Part shown: piece after piece, positions 1-11,560 of the stretch
Numbering within the stretch: position 1 is the first letter of the stretch
Layout of the letters: each line of letters opens with the position of its first letter
From: Carcharhinus longimanus
Lineage: Eukaryota
Reading direction: 5' to 3'
NCBI GenBank assembly: GCA_030264375.1
Contig: JASCQW010000139.1
Location: 6,529,654-6,593,653 of the forward strand
Length of the DNA stretch: 64,000 bases
The notes under the pieces: model-generated
The model's database searches: none
Told to the model about the DNA's origin: nothing
The model's input: only the letters and a program-made list of their open reading frames with translations
Position numbers and translations under genes: made by a program

Positions 1-115
1 GGATTGCAGCGATTCAAGAAGGCAGCTCACCACCACCTTCTCAAGGGCAACTAGGGATGGACAATAAATGCTGGCCAGCCAGCGATGCCCATGTCACACA
101 AATTAATAAAAAAAA
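1..115 (+). mobile_element. LINE 3' tail (CR1/L2 group) ending in an A-rich tract
   Basis: Same motif (ttcaagaaggcagctcaccaccac...aataaatgctgg) recurs at about 2280-2390 and 41520-41635. Confidence 0.7.
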
Positions 116-1039
116 GTATTTTGTACTCCATGATTCTATTCAATACAACCTAAATCTTTATTCATTAATCCTGTAGCCACCTCACATTGCTAATGTATCT
201 TCAATGGGTGATTCACCGATTATCTCAGACACTCTCTCATGCTTTCCTTTTAACAAGTGTAAATATACCTGGAAATATGCAACATGGAACCCATCTGTTC
301 ACAGTTAACACATATACTGTGAAGGAGCTTTTCTCTAATTTAAATCTGTCTAAGGTTTATTTCCTAAATGTCGTCAGCACTGACTGTGCTTTCTGGGAAG
401 CGAGTTTGAATATGGCAAGTCGAGAAAGTCAGAATGATGAACAAAGTGGATCCAGTTGTGATAAAGCAGTACTGGCACACAGGGTCTTTACTTCATGACC
501 TAATTTTTTATATATATATATGTGAATATATACACACACACATATATGTATAATTTAAGAAAATTAAAACTCAATCGGTCACTGCAAAAATAGATCTTAC
601 TTTAAGAGGAAAAAGATTCAATTATTTCTAAAATTACCACTAATTACTTTGTCCCTAATTATTTCCTGACATTGCTCCATCACGTAATTTTCGAGTCCTG
701 GGACTTAGAATCAGAATATTGAGCTAGTGAAGGTCACTTTCTGCCCAATATTTTCTCCCAGTATAAGTTACTCCAGTAATTTATATTTGACATGTGGTAC
801 AGTGCAGAACAAATCAGGGAGAGAAAGGTGCTTTGGAATGCAAACATGACCAGAGGCAATTTTAACTCAATTTCATTTGAATTCAGGGATTGCAAACACT
901 TGAAGAAGAGTTAAAAGGAGAAATCAAGAGTTTTTAAGTCAAAACTTTTACTCAACGGCCTTCTGAGAAACAGCCACACTGATGCCTGCGGAAATGTAAT
1001 TGTGGACCTGAATCACTTGTCACATTATAGCTGAATCCT

Positions 1040-1228
1040 GATGCCACAGAAGGCGGTGGAGGGCAGATTACTGAATGTAATTAAGATAGAGATAGATAGG
1101 TTTTTGATTAGTAAGGGGAATCAAAGGGTATGAGGAAAATGGGTTTGAAAAAAGTATCCGCCGTGATTGAACAGCAGAGCAAACTCGATGGGCCGAATGA
1201 TCTAATTCTGCTCCTCTATCTTATGGTC
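1040..1228 (+). mobile_element. CR1 LINE 3' end fragment
   Basis: gatagatagg...gatgggccgaatg...tctgctcct..tcttatgg terminus, shared with about 5060-5202 and 17330-17610. Confidence 0.7.
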
Positions 1229-1237
1229 TCCAGATCT

Positions 1238-1410
1238 TAAAGTTTATTTATTAGTCACAAGTTGGCTTACATTAACACTGCAATGAAGTTACTATGAAAA
1301 TCCCCTTTTCATACTCTGGCGCCTGTTCAGATACACAGAGGGAGAATTTAGCATTGCCAATGTACCTAACCAACAAATCTTTGGATCTGTGGGAGGAAAG
1401 CAGAGCACAT
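1238..1410 (-). mobile_element. V-SINE fragment (3' part)
   Basis: Reverse complement of the SINE tail at 2880-2970 and 6230-6324. Confidence 0.75.
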
Positions 1411-1444
1411 CTTTGCAGTGTGGGAGGATACTGTGCGTTATTTT

Positions 1445-1830
1445 TGTAAAAATATCCCATGGCACTATTTTGACTCACTTGAAGAGGCAGCGCTCTGAAA
1501 GCTTATGGCTCGTGCTACTTTAACCTGGTGTTGTGCTATTTCTTAATGTGCTGACCCCAGTCCAACACTGGCATCTCCACATCATGACTACCTAATAGAG
1601 CAGGGGAGAGCTCCCTGGTGTCCTATTCGATATTTATCTCTCATCAACATCAATTAAACAGATTATCTGGCCATTATTACTGTGCCTATTTGTGAGATTT
1701 TTCTATGTGCAAATTCATTGCCATATTCCTAATTACAACAGTGGCTACACTTCAAAAGTGGGTCATTGTCTGTATAGCTATCTTTTGATGTTCAAAAGTC
1801 ATAAAAAACACAACAGAAAATGCAAGTTAA
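1445..1830 (+). mobile_element. Deu-domain SINE (SacSINE1/AmnSINE1-like), interrupted by a Penelope-type fragment at about 1473-1590
   Basis: atcccatggcactattt...gagcagggga..ccctggtgtcct..atatttatc..cagattatctgg..acttcaaaagt resembles the recalled Deu-SINE consensus; a second copy lies at 5235-5435. Confidence 0.55.
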
Positions 1831-1849
1831 AAGCAAATTTAAAAGGAAA

Positions 1850-2160
1850 TTACTGCAGCTGCTGGAAACAAAATGGGAAAATGCTGGAAAATCTGACAGC
1901 ATCTATGGAGAGAGAAAAGAGCTGACGTTTAGGGTCCAGATGAATCTTCGTCAAAGCTTTGACAAACAGTCATCTGGACTCAAAAAGTCAGCTCTTATCT
2001 CTCTTTACAGATGCTGCCAGACCTGCTGAGATTTTCCAGCATTTTCTCCTTTAGTTAGAGCTAAGCTGACGTTTTGAATGTGGATGACCCTTCGACACAG
2101 CTCTGACAAAGTCATTCAGACCTGAAACCTTCCCTCTGTTCTCACTCCAGAAATGCGAGT
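1850..2160. mobile_element. Palindromic non-autonomous element(s), probably Penelope-derived
   Basis: 18-bp perfect inverted arms 1877-1894 / 2029-2046 and central palindrome gtcaaagctttgac 1950-1963; a half-copy lies at about 23820-23910. Confidence 0.6.
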
Positions 2161-2209
2161 TATTTTCTGTAAGCTGTTACATCAAATTAAAATAAAAATC
2201 TGACTCCTA

Positions 2210-2390
2210 TCTGGCACTGGCTCCTGGGCCATAAAGGCAATGTACTCCCTCCCTAGCAGCACGGTGGGTGTATCTACACCACATGGACTGCAGCGGTTCA
2301 AGGCGGCAGCTCACCACCACCTCCAAGGCAATTAGGGATAGACAATAAATGCTGGTGGAGCCAGCAGTGCCCACATCCTGTGAAAGAATG
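2210..2390 (+). mobile_element. LINE 3' tail (CR1/L2 group)
   Basis: Homologous to 1-115. Confidence 0.7.
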
Positions 2391-2567
2391 ATGCCAAACT
2401 CAGTATCCAGCTTTGCTGAGTTGGTAGAGGTGAAGGGAGACTTTAGGCAAAGATAGAAAATGGTCTCAGTGCCATCAGGAGAGATNNNNNNNNNNNNNNN
2501 NNNNNNNNNNNNNNNNNNNNNNNNNNNNNNNNNNNNNNNNNNNNNNNNNNNNNNNNNNNNNNNNNNN

Positions 2568-2748
2568 AATCAAGAAAGACCACATCCACCGGCTCTCCTC
2601 TATCCACCGCCCTAGACACATCCTCATAGAACTCCAATAAATTGGTCAGACACGACTTCCCCTTAACGAAACCGTGCTGCGTCTGCTCTACCAAACAATT
2701 CTCCTCAAGATGCCTCGTTATTTTCTCCTTGATCACTGATTCTAACAT
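2568..2748 (-). mobile_element. CR1 LINE reverse-transcriptase fragment
   Basis: Translates QHGFVKGKSCLTNLLEFYEDV...VDVVFLD. Confidence 0.9.
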
Positions 2749-2970
2749 TGTCACTGTCTGTGTGGAGTTTGCACGTTCTCCCTGCGTGGGTTTCCTCCGG
2801 GTCCTCCCATTTCCTCCCACTGTCTGAAAGTCATGCCGGTTAAGTGCAGTGGCTGTGCTAAATTCTCCTTCTGTGTACACGAACAGGCGCCAGAGTGTGG
2901 CGACTAGGAAATTTTCATAGTGACTTCATTGCAGTGTTAATGTAAGCCTACTTGTGATTAATAAACTTAA
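2749..2970 (+). mobile_element. V-SINE, 5'-truncated
   Basis: gtgtggagtttgcacgttctccc...ggtttcctccggg V-domain core. Confidence 0.8.
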
Positions 2971-3269
2971 GACTTATATAAGGTAACTCACAGGAGGTTT
3001 CACTGTGACGTCAATTAATTAACTACAGCATCATTGTCACCAACACACCCCATACTGAATAAGTCTCAGCTCCTCTCTGATGTTTTATATCCATGCATTA
3101 AGTCCTATCCAGTGCTCAGGGCTGAAGGAGCAACTGTTGCACTGAATGGAATTGCACTTCCTAGGAGCTGCGAGGGAGAGAGAATAAAGAATGCACAATT
3201 AGCCCATATATTAGCAATCTTTGCATCCATCTATCTCCTCTCCTACACTGCCCATTTACATAGCATGCC

Positions 3270-3813
3270 AAGGGTGGCACAGTGGTTAGCGCTGCTGCCT
3301 CATAGCAGGGACCCAGGCTCGATTCCAGTCTCAGGTCACTGTCTGTGTGGAGTTTGCACATTCTTGATTTGATTTATTATTGTCACAAGTATTAACATTT
3401 GGTGAAAAGTATTGTTTCTTGCGCGCTATACAGACAAAGCATACCGTTCACAGAGAAGGAAACGAGAGAGTACAGAATGTAGTGTTACAATCATAGCTAG
3501 GATGTAGAGAAAGATCAACTTAGTGCGAGGTAGGTTCATTCAAAAGTCTGACAGCAGTAGGGAAGANNNNNNNNNNNNNNNNNNNNNNNNNNNNNNNNNN
3601 NNNNNNNNNNNNNNNNNNNNNNNNNNNNNNNNNNNNNNNNNNNNNNNNNNNNNNNNNNNNNNNNNNNNNNNNNNNNNNNNNNNNNNNNNNNNNNNNNNNN
3701 NNNNNNNNNNNNNNNNNNNNNNNNNNNNNTGGAGTTATGGGGTAAGCTTGGGTAAGAGTCAGTATGGACTCGATGGGCTGATTAGCCTCCTTCTGCACTG
3801 TAGGGATTCCATG
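3270..3813 (+). mobile_element. HE1-type tRNA-derived V-SINE (head 3270-3363, tail 3730-3813) split by a LINE fragment and a gap
   Basis: A/B-box head ggtggcacagtggttagc...ggctcgattcc; tail cctccttctgcactgtagggattc. Confidence 0.75.
3364..3566 (-). mobile_element. Rex1/Babar-like LINE 3' end
   Basis: Encodes FPTAVRLLN C-terminus; reverse complement of about 9650-9820. Confidence 0.7.
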
Positions 3814-4109
3814 AAGGACAGCATAGCTGCAAGAACCCCCTCACTCCTGCTTTATTTTATGAGCTATTTCTTGTGTTTCCCTACCTTCCCTATAATTCTT
3901 CTTCAACATCATTGCCCTAAGTTTGCTCTCGAATTACCAATACTCTGGTTCCCGGAAGATCTGCAATTTTTCCCTTCTTTAGGTGCCAGCTGCAGTTCAG
4001 TGAGTAACACATTCCTTGCTGGACAGGAGGTTGTCCGACTCCGGAAGTACAAAAATCTAGGCTGATGCTCCAGAATTGAGGGACTGCTCGACATACAAAT
4101 GCCATTTCA

Positions 4110-4752
4110 AACTCAAAATCAAAGTGCTATCCATCAGAGTCAGCACGGTCTTATGAAAGACAAATCATGTTTGACTAATTTGCTAGAGTTCTTTGAGGAT
4201 GTAACAAGCAAAGTGGATAATGGGGATTCTGTAGTTGTAGTATATCTGGACTTCCAGAAGACATTTGATAAGATGCCGCACAAAAGGTTAATTCACAAGG
4301 TTAGATCACGTGGGATTTGGGGTAATTTATTAGACAGGGGATTGGCTGATGGACAGAAGACAGAAAGTCGGGATAAATGGTTTTTTCTGGATGGCAAAAA
4401 GTAACTGGTGGGATACCCACAGTTCGGTTCTTGGGCCCCAGCTATTTACAATCTATTTTAGTGACTTGCATACAGGGATAGAAGCCTCTACAGCCAAATT
4501 TGCAGATGACACAAAAGTAGGTGGTTCAGTAAGTTGTAATGAGGAAATAAGAATCTTACAAATGGATATAGATAGGAGAGTGAGCCAAAATGTGGCAGAT
4601 GGAGTTTAATGTGGGTAAGGGTGAGGTCATGCATTTTGGTCAGGAAAATGGGAAGACAGCTTATTATCTAATGGAGAGATACTTCAGGGTGCTCCGGTGC
4701 AGACAGATCTGCGTATCCTTGTTCATGAGTCATAGAAAACTAGCATGCAGGT
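4110..4752 (+). mobile_element. CR1 LINE RT fragment, frameshifted
   Basis: QHGLMKDKSCLTNLLEFFEDV...YLDFQKTFDK...SVLGPQLFTIY...KFADDTK. Confidence 0.9.
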
Positions 4753-5234
4753 TGTAGGGGGTCTTTTACTCCACACGTGGTGGTCTCCACCACCATTCTT
4801 GGACGTGTGTGTCTCTCCTGCCGGTGGAGGGAACGACGGAAGTGTCACACTGCGATGACTTCACAGGAGAGAGAAAAAATGAGCTACTGTTTATGCCTGA
4901 CCAGCGAACAAGCTTGAGTGAGCGTTTGAGGCACCCTATGGTTCAACACTTTGGAATTATGTTCTAGCTCTGTAACCACCAGAATTAAAAGAGAGAAGAG
5001 TGGGTGGCACAAAAGGCCAAATGTTATTTAGGAAGGAAGTGAGTAAACGTAAGGAGGAGTTAGACAGATTTTTAATTGGTAGTGAGTTGAAGGGTTATGG
5101 AGAGAAGGCAGGAAAATGGGGATGAGGAGAATATCAGTATTGGTCGAATAGCAGAGCAGACTGAATGGGCCGAATGGCCTAATTCTGTTCCTATATCTTA
5201 TGAACTTATTTACCCTCTGGAGCTGTATGTAGAG

Positions 5235-5435
5235 GATCCCTATTGCGAAGTACAAGGGAGTTCTCCCCAGTGTCCTGGCCAATATTTATCCCTCAAAACA
5301 GCAGTAAAAGCGGTCTGGTTGTTATCCCAGATGTAGGACCTTGCTACACACTAATTGCTTGCTGTATTTCCTGTATTACAGTGACTGCAATTCAAATTAC
5401 TTCATTGACTGTGCACTGCTTCTGGACGCCCCAAA
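5235..5435 (+). mobile_element. Deu-domain SINE fragment
   Basis: gggagttctccccagtgtcctggccaatatttatccctca core. Confidence 0.55.
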
Positions 5436-6094
5436 GCACTTTAGAATTTTTAATTAGTCTTCAATTGACTTTATCAACTGCAGCAAACTAAAAACGGAAC
5501 TGAAACTTTCTAAGTCCCAGAGCTTTCAATTATCTGAGGTCAGGGAACAAACTGCATCTCACTTGGGATCTGTCCATTCCCATTTATCACCTCAGCACAA
5601 GGTGCCACCTCACCCGAGACAGCAATGTAATAAACAGAACAGAAATTAATGCCAAAATCCCTGTAATTTATATAATCACCATATCATAACTCAGTGCACT
5701 TGTAATGAAACACTTTGCAGCGACTGTTATATAGTCAAACAAGCTGGCACTCTGAACCAATAATGTTCTATAACTCAAACATCATCAGAGACTTCTGTTG
5801 TTGCTGATTGCTGCAGTTCACTGCTGGAGCTGTTAGCTGCAGTTCTGTTGCTGATTATATACACCAACTAGTACTGAGTGCTGCTGCTACTGCTGAAGGG
5901 AGATAGGAGCTGGGTCTGGAGCTGCCTTGGGCCTAAGCCCGAAGACTTGGTAGCCCAACACAGAGGGAGGGCTGGAATTGCTGTCCCAACCACTGAGCAC
6001 TACTGCTTAGACGGGGAGAAGTGACAGGGAGAGGAGACAGTGTAATAAGAGGCCTGTGTATCTCCACTGTGAACACAGCATATGAAATTCTAAT

Positions 6095-6324
6095 GGGCGG
6101 CAAGGTGGCATAGTGGTTAGCACTGCTGCCTCTCAGCACCAGGGACCCAGGTTTGATTCCCAGCTTGGGGCAATGTCTGTATGGGCTTCCTCTCAGTCTG
6201 AAAGACATGCTAAGTAGGTGCATTGACCTGAACAGGTGCTGGAGTGTGGTGACTAGGGGAATTTTGCAGTAACTTCATTGCAGTGTTAATGTAAGCCTTA
6301 CTTATGACTAATAAATTAACTTTA
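6095..6324 (+). mobile_element. tRNA-derived V-SINE with internal deletion
   Basis: gggcggcaaggtggcatagtggttagcactgctgcctc head with B box ggtttgattcc; tail ...gactaataaattaacttta. Confidence 0.85.
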
Positions 6325-8100
6325 TGTTAAACCACTGCACCAGTCAGTCTTCTGTTTCTGTATTAGAAAGCCTATGCTTAGGAGCTGCACAGGCAATCCC
6401 AATTTATGATTCAGCTTTTACAACTGGGGGAAAAGTGAGTTGACCTTCACAAGAGTGAGTCACATCATTACATCTCAACAATCAAAGTACATCCTCAGTG
6501 ATCTTTATAGATCTATGGATTCACAGCATCATTGCTTATGCCTGCCAAAATTACCAAAGCTGGAGGTGCCAATACCCCCTGATATCCGAGAGATCATTCT
6601 ATAAATGTGGATAGGCATCAGCAAACCACTCCATAACCCATTCCTACTCTCAATCAACATACCCCCAAGCATTTTTCAGTAGAATTCTCTACAAGAGGTG
6701 ACTGTGTAAAGACCTCTATCAGGTCATTGCAGTAGTGAAAAGTTTGAAAAGATGTTTCTACATTTACCTGTTGTGGTTCACTGCAAAATTTTGCTTTTAT
6801 AATGCTCCCATCAAGCATCTTCGGACATTGTTTTCATGTAGGGAGATAGATTCTCACTTGTTGGTGGATGTCATTCATGCTACGAAAGTGCTATTTTTGC
6901 CATTTGTCAGCTCAAGCCTGGATATTGTTCAGGTCTTGCTGCATTTGGACAGTGTCAGAGGAGTCATGAATGGTGTTGAACATTGCACACTACCTCTGAT
7001 CTTGTCATGGATGAAGCAGCAACAGATTCTTGGACCTGGGACACTATCCAGAGGAATTTCAGAACTTTAACTTGGCAATTCAGTGTGTGACTGATTACAG
7101 CATTACAGGAGGGGCAGTTTACCAGAGCATTAAAGCCAAATTACAGGCGCTGGGGACTCCTCCAGGTTTGAGGACAATAATCACTTAAATCAAAACATAA
7201 ATATGAAGACTAGTGTAGATGATCAGGTACAAATTGATTGACATTTACCAAGTTTGATAATGTACTGCCTGCCTATAGACTAGAATCATAAGCACAGGAG
7301 ACCAATTCAGCCCACCTAGTGTGCTGGCTCTTTTGAACAGCATTTTTTTTTCCTTCCAGCATTTATCCAATTTCTTTTTGAATACCTTTTTCAGCAGCTT
7401 AGCAGACAGTGCTTTACAAATCCTAACTACGCATAGAAACTCTTTCCCCATTTTATCTGGTTCTTCTGCCAATAATTTTGTGCCTATTAACCCTTCATCC
7501 ATCAGAAACAATGGACTGTACAATGTAGGCCTGCTTGTTGTGATTACGAGCATTCTGCATAAAGTAAATTAGAGGCACAAACTGACCATTCATCCCAACC
7601 ATTCCACACTGGAATTAATTTTCAACTTGTGCCTCCTTTGGATTTTATCAAAACATGGGTTTAGTTACAAGGATAGCATGTTCACGCTCAGGCAGTGGAG
7701 GTGTCTACCATGTAATCAGTAAGTTAGTCTTAAAAACTTATTGCAGTAAAGCAAGCTGAAGCTTTTGCTCCTTCCTAGAATCAGCTGAGTGTTCCAACTT
7801 CCATCCATGTTTGGCATGTGGCAGCTCAGTTCTCATTGGTTTTGATGAATTAATAATTACTTGCCACTGAAATATTAAACAGGGTATTCTGTTCCTTGAT
7901 CCTATTACCAGATTAATGTTTAACAATGAGACTGACTGGGATAAATGATGCAAGTGAAAACAGATCAGAGCTATGCACCTATTTAATTCAAATAGTATTC
8001 CCAAACAAGCTTCAGCTGTCAGCCACCCTACTCACTGCTTTAAAAAGAATTTAAAGCTGGACATTACCCACTACCTTACCAATATTCTATTCTTATAGAA

Positions 8101-8264
8101 CAGGGGTCTCCAAACTACAGCCCGCAGCAACTTGAAATATTTATGAGACCACTCTGAAATGAGGCAAATCCTCATTTCCACGCAAAGCTTTCAGTTCTTT
8201 TCTTTGGCCTGTGAATGTATAAAATACACAATGTGGCTCTTGTACTGAAAAGTTTAGACTACTG
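8101..8264. mobile_element. hAT (Charlie-type) MITE
   Basis: TIRs CAGGGGTCTCCAAACT / AGTTTAGACTACTG; 8-bp flanks TTATAGAA / CTATAGAA (7 of 8 match, NTNTAGAN-like TSD). Confidence 0.7.
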
Positions 8265-8769
8265 CTATAGAATATAGGAGCTACTGCACCTTTTGGTTCA
8301 CTTCCCTCAAAAGGGCATCACCGTAGAGCAAGCATAAAGAAAATTGGGGACTTGTTCTAAGGTGGCAAGACTGTTGGAGGGATTGGGAGAACTTGGAGTT
8401 TAAGGCCAAGAGGTGATCTATTTAAGAACAGAAAAAAGATTGCTCCCCCCCCCTCTTAAAAAGCAGGAAGACACTTAGGACTGAGGGGAGAAATGAGAGT
8501 AGAGGGTTATGGAAGCTGAGTATTTAACAAAAAAGATTGGATAGCTCAATGCCTTTGGATTTCTGATCACTGAGCCATGATTTATTGAATGGTGGTGCAG
8601 TTGAGACCTACTACTGTCCTGTGTGTTCCTATAAACAAGAACATGGTGGAGGGGAAGGTTACAGGCTGAATGGAAAGTTACAGAAAAAGGAACTGGCGAG
8701 ATCAAGGTTGGTACAATATTCAGAGAAAGCATAGGAGGCAGAGTATTATTCTTACAAAACTCATCCCTA

Positions 8770-9820
8770 AACTGGCTTGGGCCTTGGCAAATGGATCCTG
8801 AGCTTACTAACCCACAGACCACAATCAGTAAGGATAAGCAACACCTCCATGACCACCCTCAACACCAATGCCCCAAAAGGCAGTGCAGCCCCCTCACTAT
8901 ACTCCTTATACACTTATGACTATGGCCAAATTCCCCCAAAACTTGATTCAAGTTTGAGAACCACTATAGTGATATCAGCAAAGACAGTACAAGAGAATCT
9001 GGTGCAACAATAAGCTCAATGCCAAAATGGAGATGGTCATTGACTTCAGGAAGCAGTGGATAATAGTCCCCATTGGTGTAGATGGGCATAAGTAGAAAAT
9101 GGTTGAGAGCTTCAAACTTAGGTGTCCAGATCACCAACTTGAACTGGTCCCCCCCCCTTGCTGACACTAGTTATGAAAGCCTACCTATGCCTTTACTTTC
9201 TCAAAAGACTGAGGAAATTTGGCAAGTCANNNNNNNNNNNNNNNNNNNNNNNNNNNNNNNNNNNNNNNNNNNNNNNNNNNNNNNNNNNNNNNNNNNNNNN
9301 NNNNNNNNNNNNNNNNNNNNNNNNNNNNNTACTTTCTCAAAAGACTGAGGAAATTTGGCAAGTCAACAATGACTAACTTTGAGTTGCACCATAGAAAGCA
9401 TTCTTTCTGGTTTTATCATTGCTTGGTCTGGCTCCTACTCTGCTGAAGACTGCAAGAAACAAAAAGGTTGTGAATGTAGCCCAAACCATTACACAAATCA
9501 GCCTTGCATCCACTGACTCTTGCACTTCACACCACCTTGGCAAAAGGAGCCAACATAGTTAAGGTTAAGGACCCCATGCATCCTAGACATTCTCTTCCAC
9601 CTTCTCCCATTGGGAAAGGGAGAAAGTCTGGTCATGTACCAACTGATGCAGCTTCCCTGCTGTCAGCCTTTTGACTGACCCTACCTCGCATCAAGTTGCT
9701 CTTCCTCTACACCCCAGCTATTACCAACTACATTCTGCACTTGTTTTCTCCATGAATGGTATGCTTTGGATATAAGCATAGAAGAAAATATTTTCCACTG
9801 TATGCCAATACATGACAATA
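8770..9820 (+). mobile_element. Rex1/Babar-like LINE, decayed RT and 3' end
   Basis: WILSLLTHRPQSVRI...LNTNAPKG...LYSLYTYD and LYFLKRLRKFG motifs. Confidence 0.75.
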
Positions 9821-10929
9821 GAGAAAAACAGTAGTGGGACAGGAAGCTCAGGGGCAGGTTCTGGCCTCAAAACACCATGGCCACAATGTTACTGTACAAC
9901 TATAGGTTTAAAAATCAGGTGACAAGTAACAATTTTTTTCTGCAAGCTAGTCCAGATATTTAGATTGAACTGTTCAGATTTTATAAAAGCATAGGCCAAG
10001 TAGAAGATTGTGCAGAAATGAAGAAAGGCAAAATATTTGGAAAAAGTAATGAGCCATTGCAGACATGTCAGAAGCACCTGAGCCCCAGTTTGACAGATGC
10101 ATCTATTACTGCAGAAGAATCAACCCAATAAGCAGATTAAAAAAAGTTTATTCATTGACATGAGTACAACACTGCTACACCAGCATTTATTGCCCATAGC
10201 AATTTGCCCCAGAGATGGTAGTATCCACCTTCTTGAAGCACAAAATCAGTCCATGGGTTGAAGGAAAGGTGCTGTTAGGAGGAAATTCAGCATTTTGACC
10301 CAGTGATAATAATTCCAAGATGGCAGTCTGCAAGAAGCTTGCAGCATGTTATGATTCAAGTCAGAAACTCATGTTCTGTGGAGCCCTCCTGGATCATAAA
10401 TTTTGTATCCTGAATTTGGCTAGGATAAGCATAATAGGTTTCACTTCAGGTATGATTCCAACAACCCATTTGGGAGATTAAAGTTTAAGAATATAGTTAG
10501 TGTAATAAGATTAGCAACTATTAGACACCACAATACCATGCATAACCCTTAAATGTGGGAGCTGTTGCAAACAAAACAGATGCGCAGAGACTAGTGCTCA
10601 TGAGGATTGAGTCATTGGGATGAAGCTTGCAGTTCTTTGGATAGACTACATTAAGTCTGAACTTCCCAAATCAGGGATTCTTGACAAACAGCAGACTCCC
10701 CCCCCCTCCAGAAAGGCAAGGTCTTGAATTTTCAGCTTGCTGCCCTTTAAGAAACCTGCAGCTCATAACTGAAGAGCTATCAACTGATCAGTTTTTCTCC
10801 TATTAGTCAGTCATAAATAGTCCAGTGAAAAAAATCCCCAAGCAACAATAAAGACTCCAAATTGGTGTCAATGAAAAACCTGAAGCCAAAAAAAGGACCT
10901 ACAATTGCAGAAAACATTGAGAAAAACCT

Positions 10930-11560
10930 CTTAACAGGTACACTATATAGTCTTGTCAGCTGCTCCTTTCCTTCTAGGTGACAGGTCACAGGTCCAGAAG
11001 GTGCTTCTGAACCTGTCACCTAGGAGTAGATCATGCACTGCTGCCACTGCATTGGCACCTTCTATCCCCCTCCCTCCACCAATTGTGGACTGCTTTATCC
11101 TGGACAGTGTGGTGCTTCAATGTTGTTGCATGTACATTATTCCACAGTCCAACTTTAGCACATTTAAAATGTCAGAATTCCCAGCCTCTGACCTGCTCTT
11201 GTAGCCACAGATTTTATAGCAGATCTAGTTCAAGTTCAATGGTAACTGCCAGGGAATTGCTAGTCAATGTTACAATGAAGGTAGTATCATTGAAAGGCAA
11301 AGGGAGGTTTGGATTCTCTTGTTAAAGCTGGTCATTGCAGGGGATAAATACTTGCCTCAGGAATGTTGGCCAGGTGTTACTGAAACAGTCTGGTGTCCAT
11401 CTGCAGCATTTGACAAGTTGCAATTGGTACCGAAACATTGCTCAGCAATGTCCCCATTTCTGACCTTAAGATCATGGATAAAGCAGCTGAAAGTGGTGTT
11501 CTAGGCCCAAGGAACTCTTGCAGTAATATCCCAGGGCAATGACAACTGATCAGCTCTACA
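10930..11560 (-). mobile_element. Highly decayed LINE fragment
   Basis: Shares segments with 6850-7060 (atggataaagcagctgaa..tt..ggcccaagga). Confidence 0.4.

Noticed and set aside
509-550. (TA)n/(CA)n tract
   Set aside because: Short ordinary microsatellite
5690-5790. C/D-box snoRNA-like TGATGA...CTGA on the minus strand
   Set aside because: Imperfect C box context, minimal terminal stem, no host intron or recognisable rRNA guide
6095-6170. tRNA gene
   Set aside because: A/B boxes belong to a tRNA-derived SINE head; no cloverleaf
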